Shown: positions 18,893 to 28,840, numbered from the stretch's first letter. The stretch: 64,000 bases of DNA from Longimicrobiales bacterium (GCA_963422615.1 OY730414.1:682001-746000); one strand, 5' to 3'. Notes: a model not told the origin generated them from the sequence alone. A program made the numbers and translations.

Positions 18893-19459
18893 TTGCGCCG
18901 CGACCTGGAACGGGAGCTCCTGCGGAAGTGCCAGAGAGGCGACGCCCGATTCTTCGAACCGGTGGTTCGCGCCTACGAGCCTCCGGGAATGCGGATCGCC
19001 TTGGGCATGATGGGGAACATTGACGACGCCCGGGACGCGCTTCAGGATGCCTTCGTGAAGACTTGGCAATCTCTGGCTCGCTTCGATCTGAAACGGCCCT
19101 TTGGTCCTTGGTTTTTTCAGATTCTTCGTAATCAGTGTAGAGATGCCCTCCGCAGTCGGCAGGCGAGGTTTCGGGTCGAAGCCCTTGACGAACGTCTGGA
19201 ACTCAGGGCCGCCAGTCCCGAGCAGGGACCGGAACGCTGGCGGGAGCGCAGGGCCGCGAGGGAACTCCTCTGGAACGCCTTGGAGCGGCTGGGTGAAGAT
19301 CACCGGGAGGTTATCGTGTTGAAGGAAATTCAGGGATTCCGCTACGGTGAAATCGCCGGCATTTTGAATATTCCCGAGGGGACGGTGGCAAGCCGCCTCT
19401 TTCATGCCCGGCGGGCTCTTGCGGCCGTACTGCGGGAGGAAGCCGCCGATTTTCGGTGA
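18893..19459 (+). CDS. ECF-family RNA polymerase sigma factor
   Basis: DARDALQDAFVKTW...FGPWFFQILRNQCRD (region 2); REVIVLKEIQGFRYGEIAGILNIPEGTVASRLFHAR (region 4). Confidence 0.95.
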   Translation: MRRDLERELLRKCQRGDARFFEPVVRAYEPPGMRIALGMMGNIDDARDALQDAFVKTWQSLARFDLKRPFGPWFFQILRNQCRDALRSRQARFRVEALDERLELRAASPEQGPERWRERRAARELLWNALERLGEDHREVIVLKEIQGFRYGEIAGILNIPEGTVASRLFHARRALAAVLREEAADFR

Positions 19460-19511
19460 ACCCGACAACAGCGCACACGGGGACCCCTGCCCGCGGGTCC
19501 CGAGACGACCC

Positions 19512-19949
19512 ATGACCGGAACCCTGCCCGAAAAAGTCAGTCGCGAAGACCTCATGCGCTTCCTGGACGGCGAAACGACGCCAGAGGAAAGAGCCGCCAT
19601 TGAGGTACTCCTCGAGACCTCCAGCGAGCTTCGCCGGGAGTTTGCAATCTTCCTGTCCATGAAGAAGGGGTTTCAGGACCTATCTCTGGTTCCAAGGGGG
19701 GGAGAAGAGTCGGTCTGGGACCGGATCCGATCCCGAATCACGCTGCCTGTGGGATGGGTACTCATGGCCGCCGGAGCCGCGGCCTGGATCGGCTACGGCA
19801 TCTGGGTGTTCCTGAAGTCTCCCGTGGGGGTCCTGGTAAGACTCGCGTCCGGGGGGGTGGTGATCGGGGTTCTGGTACTCCTCGCCAACGTGATCTGGGA
19901 TCGCTACAAGGAGTACGGCACGGACCCGTACCGGGATGTCCACCGATGA
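19512..19949 (+). CDS. Membrane anti-sigma factor
   Basis: LMRFLDGETTPEERAAIEVLL anti-sigma-domain pattern (no HxxxCxxC); two C-terminal TM helices; directly after the ECF gene. Confidence 0.8.
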   Translation: MTGTLPEKVSREDLMRFLDGETTPEERAAIEVLLETSSELRREFAIFLSMKKGFQDLSLVPRGGEESVWDRIRSRITLPVGWVLMAAGAAAWIGYGIWVFLKSPVGVLVRLASGGVVIGVLVLLANVIWDRYKEYGTDPYRDVHR

Positions 19950-20269
19950 TCCTCGCAACCACCGAGACCGTGGCGGGACACCGGATCATGCGCACGCTGG
20001 GGTTGGTCCGAGGAAGCTCTATTCGCGCCCGCCACGTCGGCCGGGATGTAATGGCCAGCCTGCGCAACCTGGCCGGCGGCGAACTGTACGAGTACACCAA
20101 GCTGCTCGCGGAAGCCCGGGAGCAGGCCGTCGACCGGATGATTGCCGAGGCGGAGGGGCTAGGAGCCGACGCAATTCTGGCGGTGCGCTTCCAATCTGCC
20201 GAGGTGAGCCGAGGGGCCGCGGAAATGGTCTGCTACGGAACCGCGGTCCGGCTTCGCAGGGAGTGGTGA
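19946..20269 (+). CDS. ybjQ: YbjQ/UPF0145 family protein
   Basis: MILATTETVAG...LGLVRGS...GGELYEYTKLLAEAREQA...GADAILAVRF...YGTAV; ATGA overlap with the anti-sigma gene. Confidence 0.9.
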   Translation: MILATTETVAGHRIMRTLGLVRGSSIRARHVGRDVMASLRNLAGGELYEYTKLLAEAREQAVDRMIAEAEGLGADAILAVRFQSAEVSRGAAEMVCYGTAVRLRREW

Positions 20270-20298
20270 ATCGGTCCTTGATGGACAAACCACTTGGT

Positions 20299-21546
20299 CT
20301 ATCCTCCTAGCAAGTCTCCGGCTGGGCGCACCGCTTCCAGTATCTCTTCTTCCGACAACGTGTGGTTGACGGATTTCGCTCGTTCGAGGATGCGCCGACA
20401 GAGGTCGGCGTCGCCGGAGTCGTAACCCCGTCGGGCAAGCCAGTATTTGACGTTGGAGAGGCCGGACATGGGGCCTACTTCGATCTCCTGATGCCGCCCG
20501 ACCATGGAGGCGGGGACGCTCGAATAGACCCGGTCCGCAAGCCAATCGGCCCCTTTGGCCTCCGCCTTGACGATGGCGGCAGCGTGGACCCCTGTCGCCG
20601 TTCGGAAGGCGTCGGCTCCCAGGACCGGGTAGTTTGGCGGTAGGGGAACCCCGCATTCCCTGGCCGTGAGTTCGCAATACTCGGAGAGCTGCGTCAGGTC
20701 CGCATGGTGAACGCCGGCCAGGGCGAGGTTCACGAGGAGGAGATCCATCTCCACGTTTCCAACCCGCTCCCCGATTCCCATGGCTGTTCCGTGAATCCGG
20801 TCGGCGCCCGCTTCAATGGCGGCAAGGGCGTTGGCCAATCCCAGCCCCCTATCCCTGTGGCCGTGCCAATCGAGCTTCACCTTCTCGGCGGAGGGGTCGA
20901 TGATCTCTCGCTTCACGAAGCGGATCAGGGCCTTTACGCCGGAGGGGGTGGCGTGGCCCACCGTGTCGGAGAGGCAGATCCGCCTTACCCCCCACCGAAT
21001 CGCGTGCCCGTACAGCGCCTTGAGCGTGTGTCGGTCGGCTCGGGTCGTATCCTCCGTGACGAACATCACCGGCAACCCTTCGCGGACGCAGAAACACACG
21101 GATTCCTCTGCGGTGCGGAGCATCCGGTCCAGAGCCCAATTTTCCGCGAAGAGGCGAATCGGGGAGCTGCCGATGAACGCGGCCACCTCCAGGGACACTC
21201 CGGTTGTCTGGGAGATGCGGGCCGCGGGCTCCACATCCGCTAGAACCGTACGGGCGGCGCAGTTGGGACGGATCGCCAAGTCGGCGTCGCGGATTTCCTC
21301 GCACAGACGCGTGACGTCGGCCACCGCCCGGGCACCCGCGGCGGGCAACCCGATGTTCGCGGCGTGAATCCCCAGGTCGTTCATGATGTGAATGAGACGG
21401 ATTTTGGCCTTGACGGGTGGATCGATGACGGAGGGAGACTGGAGGCCGTCTCTCAGCGTTTCGTCATCCAGCTCCACGTGACGACCCCAAGCCAGCGTCT
21501 CGAACTCCTCCACATTCCAGTCGTGGATCAGCCTCCCGTACTCCAT
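20299..21546 (-). CDS. DRE-TIM metallolyase of the LeuA/homocitrate synthase family, lacking the C-terminal regulatory domain
   Basis: DETLRDGLQ, HGHRDRG metal motif, GIGERVGN, GVHAAA; about 415 aa. Confidence 0.85.
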   Translation of the reverse strand: MEYGRLIHDWNVEEFETLAWGRHVELDDETLRDGLQSPSVIDPPVKAKIRLIHIMNDLGIHAANIGLPAAGARAVADVTRLCEEIRDADLAIRPNCAARTVLADVEPAARISQTTGVSLEVAAFIGSSPIRLFAENWALDRMLRTAEESVCFCVREGLPVMFVTEDTTRADRHTLKALYGHAIRWGVRRICLSDTVGHATPSGVKALIRFVKREIIDPSAEKVKLDWHGHRDRGLGLANALAAIEAGADRIHGTAMGIGERVGNVEMDLLLVNLALAGVHHADLTQLSEYCELTARECGVPLPPNYPVLGADAFRTATGVHAAAIVKAEAKGADWLADRVYSSVPASMVGRHQEIEVGPMSGLSNVKYWLARRGYDSGDADLCRRILERAKSVNHTLSEEEILEAVRPAGDLLGG

Positions 21547-21608
21547 TGCGGCTCCGTCCCTGTTTCCCACAGGTCTCTCGCAGGACCCTGTGCTTCTACG
21601 GCCCGTCT

Positions 21609-22628
21609 TCAAGGTTGCAGCACCCGTTGGTTACCGGAAAGCACCTCCGAATGATCCGGGACGCTCATCCCACCGTCGAAGCCCTGCACCCTGGCACAGC
21701 GCCCGACGATGGAGTGCCTCAACCGACTCCCTCCGATCTCCGCACCGGCGCCGACAATCGTGTCCTCCAGATCGGATTCCTCCACCCTGGCTCCCCGCTC
21801 CACGGTAACGTTCTCCCCGATCCGGGATCGGGTGACCTTGGCCCCGGCTTCAATCCGGGAAGACGGCGAGACTTCGGACTCCAGCACCGCAGCGCCTTCT
21901 TCAACCCCGCTTCTGCGGCGAGACAACAGGTGCCGGTTCGCTTCCAGCAACGAGGCGGGGCTCCCAGTGTCGTACCATCCGGCGACGGGGGCGGTGGCGA
22001 TCTTGGCGCCCCTGTCCGCCATGTATTGGAAAGCGTCTGTCAGGTAGTATTCGCCTGCCGCACCGGGATCGGAGGCGACGGTGTGATCAATGCCTTCAAA
22101 AAGAAGTTTATGATTCCGAATATAGTACAGGCCGATATTGGCGAGCGTCGAGACGGGTTCGCTGGGCTTTTCCACAATTCTCACTAGATTTCCGTCGTTG
22201 TCGGTGGTGACGACGCCGAACCGCTGGTAGTCCTCAACCTCCTTTGTCCAAATCACGCCCGCCTTCTCGGGGTCCAGGGACCTGATCACGGTGAGACCGA
22301 CCTCAAAGACCGTATCGGCAAACAGGATGAGCACGTCTCCATTGATCCAGGGCCGCGCCAGGGCCACCGCCCCGGCGGTGCCGTTCTGAACTTCCTGGAC
22401 CGCGTAGTGGGCTCTGATCCCGGGGTATCGCTCTGCTATATGAGCGCGAACAGCACTCTGCAAGTAGCCCACGATGAAGACCATCTCGGTGACCCCGACC
22501 TCCAGGAGATCGTCGAGAATGTAGTCCAGAACGGGTTTTCCGGCGACCCGAATGAGGGGCTTGGGCGTGAGGTGGGTGTGGGGCCGGAGCCGGGTGCCTT
22601 TTCCGGCCAGGGGGATGACGGCTTTCAC
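21609..22628 (-). CDS. Sugar-phosphate nucleotidyltransferase (glucose-1-phosphate thymidylyltransferase-like, long form)
   Basis: KAVIPLAGKGTRLRPHT..PKPL, IVEKP, EYYLTDA, WYDTG, C-terminal hexapeptide repeats; GTG start 22628. Confidence 0.9.
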   Translation of the reverse strand: MKAVIPLAGKGTRLRPHTHLTPKPLIRVAGKPVLDYILDDLLEVGVTEMVFIVGYLQSAVRAHIAERYPGIRAHYAVQEVQNGTAGAVALARPWINGDVLILFADTVFEVGLTVIRSLDPEKAGVIWTKEVEDYQRFGVVTTDNDGNLVRIVEKPSEPVSTLANIGLYYIRNHKLLFEGIDHTVASDPGAAGEYYLTDAFQYMADRGAKIATAPVAGWYDTGSPASLLEANRHLLSRRRSGVEEGAAVLESEVSPSSRIEAGAKVTRSRIGENVTVERGARVEESDLEDTIVGAGAEIGGSRLRHSIVGRCARVQGFDGGMSVPDHSEVLSGNQRVLQP

Positions 22629-22814
22629 GGTGGGGCGAGCCTTTCGGTTGCTTGCCGCGGCTTCGGTGTTGACCGAGGCCGTCGGACGTGAACAGCTTTG
22701 CTGGTTATGGGGAAGCGCTTCCGGAAGATTTGCCGGGCTTCTGCGGTCCGGAGTGACGTTTGAGTATCGGGTGCCCGTCCACGAGGTCCAAGGCCGGAGG
22801 GGCGGGCGATTTCC

Positions 22815-23771
22815 TTGTTTAGGAGACTCACCTTGTCGATCGTTTCGTCCCTGCTGGTGGGCGCCTGCTCGGATGACCCGCCTGTGGGGTCTCCGGCGGC
22901 CAAGTCGGAGGAGCTTGGCAGGAACGGCGGCGGCAGACCGGTAATCGGGGTCGGGGAGGGCGGGACGTACCAACGGACGGTGGTTTTCATGGATACCACC
23001 CGGGACACCTCCATGTTCGTTTCCTGGGACTTCGAGAATCACGGCGAACCGGGGGGCGTCCGCCGAAGCGTCAGGGCTTGGCTCGGACGGGGTGGGGAGT
23101 GGGCCCTGTTCATGGAGGACGAATGGGTAACGGAACCCGGAGGGGCGCCGTGGCGGATCCTGCCCCGGGGCTCGGCCCGGTTGGTCGTAGGGCAGGAGGA
23201 CGTACTGCAGGAGATCTACTATCGGGAGGGGATTCGCGATCTGTCGGTCCGGTTGGGCGAAGCCGTCGTTGAGTGGAGCGGCCAGCGGGGGGAGTTGTAC
23301 CGTATTCTTCGGGGCGCGGCTCACCTTTCCGGCGTGGAGACGGAAGGGATTGTGCTGGATGTATCCGCCGTTCGGGCCGAAGGGGCGGAAGCGCCCCTGG
23401 AGTGGGCCTTCCTGACCGACGGAGGTCCGCTTCGGCTTCTCGTCGCCGATCCCGAAGGGCCGGGTCCGTACCGGGCCTGGGCTCGCCGGGGATCGACCGA
23501 TCTGTCCTGGCCCGAAGTGACGGTAACGTGGGAGGAAACGCGGAGCTTCGACCGTGCCCGGCGGGATGTCCCGGTTCTTTGGCGCTTCGAATCTTGGGAC
23601 GCCGAGCTCGCGGGGGAGTTTTGGGCGGAGAGCTCCCACCTTCAAACCCAGGACAGCACAGGGGCGATTCTGCCGGTTCTCGGGGTCTACGAGATTGTCG
23701 GTGAGGTCACGGTGGTCGGGAGTGGCCCCCGGACTTCGGTATGGGGCTTTCTGCGGCACTACCAGCGATGA
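22815..23771 (+). CDS. Hypothetical lipoprotein, beta-rich
   Basis: Lipobox LVGA/C; Trp-rich beta-strand pattern; stop 4 nt before the next gene. Confidence 0.7.
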   Translation: MFRRLTLSIVSSLLVGACSDDPPVGSPAAKSEELGRNGGGRPVIGVGEGGTYQRTVVFMDTTRDTSMFVSWDFENHGEPGGVRRSVRAWLGRGGEWALFMEDEWVTEPGGAPWRILPRGSARLVVGQEDVLQEIYYREGIRDLSVRLGEAVVEWSGQRGELYRILRGAAHLSGVETEGIVLDVSAVRAEGAEAPLEWAFLTDGGPLRLLVADPEGPGPYRAWARRGSTDLSWPEVTVTWEETRSFDRARRDVPVLWRFESWDAELAGEFWAESSHLQTQDSTGAILPVLGVYEIVGEVTVVGSGPRTSVWGFLRHYQR

Positions 23772-23775
23772 CCGC

Positions 23776-25344
23776 ATGAACGAGACGCTCATCAGGGTCG
23801 TCGTGACCGTTGTCGCAGGCGCTCTTGCCGGGGGTCTGACGAACACGATCGCGATCTGGATGCTCTTCCACCCGTATAAGGCTCCCACCCTTCGGGCCTG
23901 GCGCCTCCGATTTCTCCAGGGCGCGATCCCCAAGAACCAGTCCAGGCTCGCGGCGGCGATCGGGCGCACTGTCGGGACCCGGCTCCTGACGGAGGACGAC
24001 CTCACGCGGGTGCTTGGACAGCCGGAGTTCCGGGCGGCCTTCGACAAGAGACTCCACCGCTTTCTCCATGAGCTCCTGGAGGAGGAGCGAGGCTCCTTGC
24101 GCGAGATCTTGGGGCCGGAAGTCGTAGCGGAGGCGGAACGGATCGGGGAGGAAGTCCTGGAACACGTAGTTCTCATGTTCCAGGAGTACGTAAACTCCGC
24201 GGGTTTCGAGGCGGCTGTCCAGGCCAGGGCCTGCGAGCTGGCGGGCGTCATCGCTGATGAGTCCGTGGCAGACGTTCTGACTCCCCAACGGGAGGTCAAG
24301 GTTGCGGCGGCGGTGCTGGAATGGATGGACAATGCCGTTTCCGGCGAGAGTTTCGAGAGGAAGGTCGCCACCTACGTTCGGCGGGGCGCGCACAAACTAC
24401 TCACTCCCGGCGTGACGATCCGGGAGATCCTGCCTCCGGGCGCCAAGGGTACGCTGGAACGGGCGGTTGCCGACTACCTGCCCCTGGCGATACGGCGACT
24501 GGGGGCGGTGCTGGAGAATCCGGTGGCGAAAAAGCGCTTTGAGCGAGCCGTCCACGACGTCCTCCGGCGCTTTCTTCAAGATCTGAGCTTCCACCAGCGC
24601 GTCGTAGCGCGGTTGGTGATGAACGAAGACACGGTGAACAAGGTCCTGCGTGCCATCGAGTCGGAGGGGGCGAATCGGATTGCCAAGATGTTGCGGGAGC
24701 GTCCCGTACAGGACGCCATGGCACAGGGTATAAGCGATGCGATCGCCGACCTCCTGGCCCGGCCGGTTAGCCGGATACTCGGAAGCCCGGACGACCCCCA
24801 AGCGACCGAAACCCTGGAGACGATCGTGTCCTGGATTGTGAACGTGGCCCGGGCCCCCACGACCCGGGAGTTCGTGACGGAAAGGATTGCAGCCGAGATG
24901 GCTCGGGCGTCCCAGCGGACCTGGGGGGAGCTATTGGCCGGAATCCCCTCCGAGCGGATTTCCGGGTGGGTGGTGAGGGCGGCGCGCAGCGAGGTTGCCG
25001 GAACCGTCTACAGACAGGGAGGGAGGCTTGTTGCCGGTACCCTCTTTGAGCGCCCCATCGGGCGTCCGGCCCGGTTGCTGCCTGGAGACACGACCCGAAG
25101 GATCCAAGGGGCGTTGAGCGACCCTCTGTGGAACTGGTTCCAGGCGCAGATCCCGGCCGTTGTCCGCAAGCTGGATGTTGCGCGCCGGGTGGAGGAAAAG
25201 ATCCTGGATTTTCCGGTAGAGCGGATGGAGGAGCTCGTGCGCCGGGTGACCGACCGGGAACTCAGGACCATCATCCGCCTCGGATACGCCCTAGGCGCGT
25301 TCATCGGAAGCGTATTGGTCGCAGTGGACTACCTGCTGGGATGA
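23776..25344 (+). CDS. DUF445 (YheB/UPF0754-like) membrane-anchored protein
   Basis: GGLTNTIAIWMLFHPY, QGAIPKNQSRLA..IG..V, C-terminal ELRTIIRLGYALGAFIG. Confidence 0.9.
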   Translation: MNETLIRVVVTVVAGALAGGLTNTIAIWMLFHPYKAPTLRAWRLRFLQGAIPKNQSRLAAAIGRTVGTRLLTEDDLTRVLGQPEFRAAFDKRLHRFLHELLEEERGSLREILGPEVVAEAERIGEEVLEHVVLMFQEYVNSAGFEAAVQARACELAGVIADESVADVLTPQREVKVAAAVLEWMDNAVSGESFERKVATYVRRGAHKLLTPGVTIREILPPGAKGTLERAVADYLPLAIRRLGAVLENPVAKKRFERAVHDVLRRFLQDLSFHQRVVARLVMNEDTVNKVLRAIESEGANRIAKMLRERPVQDAMAQGISDAIADLLARPVSRILGSPDDPQATETLETIVSWIVNVARAPTTREFVTERIAAEMARASQRTWGELLAGIPSERISGWVVRAARSEVAGTVYRQGGRLVAGTLFERPIGRPARLLPGDTTRRIQGALSDPLWNWFQAQIPAVVRKLDVARRVEEKILDFPVERMEELVRRVTDRELRTIIRLGYALGAFIGSVLVAVDYLLG

Positions 25345-25374
25345 AGATGTGGGGGCCGGAACCGTCCCGGGACA

Positions 25375-25716
25375 TCATTCGGTGTCCGACGGCGACGAAC
25401 GAGAGCGGGTTGACCGACGAGAAGGGGCAGCCGTGCGGAAGTACCGGCGCCCTCCCCGCAGCTGGGATCCCCGCTTCCGCGTTTTGAGGAGGTCCAGAGG
25501 GGTGAAGTGACGCTTGGCTTTTCTGCTTCTTCCGGACCTCCCCAGGGCTTGTTCCAACTCTTGCAGGCGCTGCGGGTCGTGCTCCCCGATGTCTTCGGGT
25601 TGAATGCGCCACCTCTGGTCGCGTCGGGGCCTCGCGTTCCCGTGCTTGTCCGGCAGTCCCAGATAGAGCCCGAAGGCAACGGCAGCGACGGCGGCGACGA
25701 CGTAGAGGACGGTCAC
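25375..25716 (-). CDS. Small hypothetical membrane-anchored basic protein
   Basis: N-terminal TM (VLYVVAAVAAVAFGLYLGL); GTG 8 nt after the TerB stop. Confidence 0.55.
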   Translation of the reverse strand: MTVLYVVAAVAAVAFGLYLGLPDKHGNARPRRDQRWRIQPEDIGEHDPQRLQELEQALGRSGRSRKAKRHFTPLDLLKTRKRGSQLRGGRRYFRTAAPSRRSTRSRSSPSDTE

Positions 25717-25724
25717 GCCCGCGC

Positions 25725-26228
25725 TCAGTCCGGAAGATTCCGGGGTTCCGGATCGTTTCTTGACGTCCCCTCCCGGGCCGATTGGTGACGCCTCCGGGCT
25801 TGGGACAGGTATCCCGGTTTCAGCCCCAGCAGGCCCGATATCTTCCTCATGATGTAGTCTTCCCTGCCGGCCAAGTCTCCGTCGGCAAGCACGAGGCCCC
25901 ACATGGCTTCGGCAAGGACCATCATCTGTCCGACGGAGTACTTCTCCCGGATCAAGCGAGCGAATCCCCAGAGGTCCACACTGGCGCGCCGTTGGTCGTC
26001 CGCAATGACGATCAGCTCGTCAGCGGCTTCCTGCTTCAGCCCGAAGTGTCTTCGAACCAACTTGCGAAGGTGCTTTCGCTCATCTGCACTGAAGTCGTCA
26101 TCGGCATACGCGACCTCCAGCAACAGAGCGCAGGCGGCGATGCGCAGGTCCTCGGCGGTTACCGCCTTGTCGGCTTCGGCCGACGGGGTCATCTCCCGGA
26201 GAAAGAACGCCCGGATCTTGTCAAGCAT
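25725..26228 (-). CDS. TerB-family protein
   Basis: IAACALLLEVAYADDDFSADE...MWGLVLADG...EDYIMRKISGLLG. Confidence 0.88.
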   Translation of the reverse strand: MLDKIRAFFLREMTPSAEADKAVTAEDLRIAACALLLEVAYADDDFSADERKHLRKLVRRHFGLKQEAADELIVIADDQRRASVDLWGFARLIREKYSVGQMMVLAEAMWGLVLADGDLAGREDYIMRKISGLLGLKPGYLSQARRRHQSAREGTSRNDPEPRNLPD

Positions 26229-26577
26229 GGGATTCGATCGGGCGGCCGCGGCACGCCATCTCGACCCAGGCCAGGTACGCCGGGGCGCCGTCCGCCACCT
26301 CGTGGACGAGGAGCTCCGGCACCTCGTACGGATGCAGCTCCCCGGCCCGCTCCAGAACGCGGGAAACGAGCCGAGGCACCGTCTTCAGAATGACGATCGC
26401 CTCTTCGTCCCGCTGAATTTTTCCTTCCCAACGGTAGACACTCACCGCTCCGGGGAGAACAGTGCCGCAGGCGATCAGCTTCTCGTCCAGCAGATGCCGA
26501 ATGATCTCCTCCGCGGTTTCGGCCCCGGGCACCGTCATCAAGACCGTGACCGCACTGGCCCCAGGTTGACCGCTCAT
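26221..26577 (-). CDS. cutA: Divalent-cation tolerance protein CutA
   Basis: LIAC, SVYRWEGKI, LKT, HPYEVPEL. Confidence 0.93.
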   Translation of the reverse strand: MSGQPGASAVTVLMTVPGAETAEEIIRHLLDEKLIACGTVLPGAVSVYRWEGKIQRDEEAIVILKTVPRLVSRVLERAGELHPYEVPELLVHEVADGAPAYLAWVEMACRGRPIESHA

Positions 26578-26589
26578 GGCCGATCTCCG

Positions 26590-28434
26590 TCAGGGTGGAG
26601 GAAGGAAGATCGTCCGCTCTGCGGACCCCGGACTGTAGAAGGCATCGATCATATTGGCGTACCGTTGGGCCACGACGGAACGCTTCACCTTTTGCGTCGG
26701 CGTCAGGGCGCCGTTCTCAATCGTGAACGGTTCGGTGAGAAGACCGATCTTCTTTGGCGTCTCGAAGGGAGCCAAATCCCGCAGCTCACCGAAAATCTCC
26801 TTTGCGAGCAGCTCCTGGCACCGGGGATCGGACAACAAGTCCTGGGCGGGCACAGTGCTTGCGCCGGCTTGACCAGCCCACCTTGCAAGTCGATCGAAGG
26901 CCGGAACCACAAGTACCGAACAGAACTTCCTGCCATCGCCGACGACTACCGCCTGATCGACGTGCGGGTTCTTCTTCAGGAGGTTCTCGATCGCTTGGGG
27001 CGCCACATATTTGCCGCCGGAGGTCTTGATCAGGTCCTTCTTTCGGTCGGTGATCGTGAGGTAACCATCCGGGCTCAGTTCTCCGATGTCTCCCGAGCTG
27101 AACCAGCCTTCTTGGGAAATCACCTCCCGAGTCTTTTTCTCCAGCCCGTAGTACCCCTTCATGACTTGGGGCCCCCGGATCAAGATCTCCCCGTCCTTCG
27201 CGATCCGGATTTCGGTTCCGGGGACGGGGCGGCCCACCGTTCCGATCCTGAAGTGCTCCAGGGTGTTCACGGTGGCGACCGGAGACGTCTCGCTCAGTCC
27301 GTACCCTTCCAGAATGGTCAGGCCGGCACCCAGAAAGAATCGGTTGATTTCGGGAGCCAGGGCCGCTCCTCCGCTGACGAAGTACCGGAGCCGGCCCCCG
27401 ACCCCCTGGCGGATCTTCGAAAAGACCAGACGGTCGGCAACGGCGTGCCGCCAGCGCAACAGCGTTGGCATCTCCTGGCGTTTCTGCCGGAACCCCGCGG
27501 CCCGGCGTCCGACGTCCGCGGCCCAAGACACCAGCCTTCCCTTGATGCCGTCGGCATCAAGAACCTTCTGGTGCACCTTTTCGTACAGCCGGGGAACGGA
27601 AACGAGCACCGTCGGCCGAAGGCGCTTCATGTCGTCGGCCACGCCGTCGATCGTTCCATGGGTTACGGTGCATCCGCTGGCGAACAGAAGGTAGTCCGCC
27701 ATTCGCTGGAAGACATGGCAGAGGGGGAGAAACGACAGGCTCGTGTCATCCTCCCCCACCCCGAGAACCTGACTCCCGGCCCATATGTTCGAGGCCAAAT
27801 TGTTGTGCGTCAGCATCACTCCCTTGGGCGTCCCGGTGGTGCCTGACGTATAGATCAGGGTGGCGACATCCCCGGGGGCGGCTTCCCGGGCTCCGGACTG
27901 AAAGGTCTCCGTCGCTCCCTTCCCCCGGGCAAGGAAATCCTCCCAAGCGATGGCTTCGGCGTCGGCACCCGGATCGAAGACGACGATGTCCACCCGCCGG
28001 TCCAAGTCGGCCACGGCTTCCCGCACTTTCGCGAGCTGCTGGGCGTTGGAAACAAAGACGAGGGATGCCCCGGAGTCTCGCAGAATGTAGGACACCTGGG
28101 CGGACGGAAGCGTGCTATAGATGGGTACGTCAATGGCCCCCGCGCAAAGGCACATCCAGTCCGCGAGGGCCCATTCCACACGGTTTTCCGAGAGGATGGC
28201 CACCCGACTGCCGCGTCGGATGCCGTGCTGGGCAAGGGCGGCCGTCCCGCGCCGAACCCGGTTTCGGACCTGAGCGTACGTCAGGGGTCGCGCTCCCGAG
28301 GGTGCCGGAACCGAATACGCCGCTCTCTCCGGCCGCCGGTCCACGGCGTCGAAGAAAAGCTCAACCAGGGTCCCCGACGGGACAGCGGCCTTGTTGGCGT
28401 AGTAATCGATCGTGTCGGACAACGGCCTACCCAT
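26590..28434 (-). CDS. Long-chain fatty acid-CoA ligase
   Basis: YTSGTTGTPKGVMLTH, EGYGLSET, SGDIG, ITDRKKDLIKTSGGKYVAPQ. Confidence 0.93.
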   Translation of the reverse strand: MGRPLSDTIDYYANKAAVPSGTLVELFFDAVDRRPERAAYSVPAPSGARPLTYAQVRNRVRRGTAALAQHGIRRGSRVAILSENRVEWALADWMCLCAGAIDVPIYSTLPSAQVSYILRDSGASLVFVSNAQQLAKVREAVADLDRRVDIVVFDPGADAEAIAWEDFLARGKGATETFQSGAREAAPGDVATLIYTSGTTGTPKGVMLTHNNLASNIWAGSQVLGVGEDDTSLSFLPLCHVFQRMADYLLFASGCTVTHGTIDGVADDMKRLRPTVLVSVPRLYEKVHQKVLDADGIKGRLVSWAADVGRRAAGFRQKRQEMPTLLRWRHAVADRLVFSKIRQGVGGRLRYFVSGGAALAPEINRFFLGAGLTILEGYGLSETSPVATVNTLEHFRIGTVGRPVPGTEIRIAKDGEILIRGPQVMKGYYGLEKKTREVISQEGWFSSGDIGELSPDGYLTITDRKKDLIKTSGGKYVAPQAIENLLKKNPHVDQAVVVGDGRKFCSVLVVPAFDRLARWAGQAGASTVPAQDLLSDPRCQELLAKEIFGELRDLAPFETPKKIGLLTEPFTIENGALTPTQKVKRSVVAQRYANMIDAFYSPGSAERTIFLPPP

Positions 28435-28840
28435 CCTCCAAGAAGATCTCCACGGGAATGTCTTGCCTCAGCGAAAACAGGACGGAGCAATACTTTTCGC
28501 GCGACAACTCCAGGGCCCGCTCCACCTTGGCGCGGCGGGAGGGAGGCACTCCGGTGACCCGAAAAACGAAGCGGATGGCTGTGTAGCGGCGTGGATTGTC
28601 GTCTGCCCGTTCTCCCTGGGCGGTAACATCCAGGGTCTCGAAAGGAACCCGCCCCTTGAAAAGGATCACCCTGACATCGATGGCCATGCACCCTGCAGTT
28701 GCCAAAAGCAGCAGGTCCATGGGTGCGGTTCCGTCGGCTGAATCCCCGTCAACCACGATCGGGGGACCCCCAACGGCAGAACCGTCGAAGACCAAGCCCG
28801 AACCCGACCAGCGAAGCCGAATCTCCTTGTCCGGTTTCAT
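28427..28840 (-). CDS. OsmC/YhfA-family protein
   Basis: PMDLLLLATAGCMAIDV...LSREKYCSV. Confidence 0.9.
   Translation of the reverse strand: MKPDKEIRLRWSGSGLVFDGSAVGGPPIVVDGDSADGTAPMDLLLLATAGCMAIDVRVILFKGRVPFETLDVTAQGERADDNPRRYTAIRFVFRVTGVPPSRRAKVERALELSREKYCSVLFSLRQDIPVEIFLEDG

Noticed and set aside
22629..24371. Apparent 580-aa N-terminal extension making a 920-aa nucleotidyltransferase
   Set aside because: It overlaps two credible + strand genes; homology begins at VKAVIPLAG (22628).
25903..27846. 647-aa + strand ORF; likewise 36601..38805(-), 55438..57555(-) and 12726..14282(+)
   Set aside because: Each lies antisense to a well-supported gene and has no recognisable domain.
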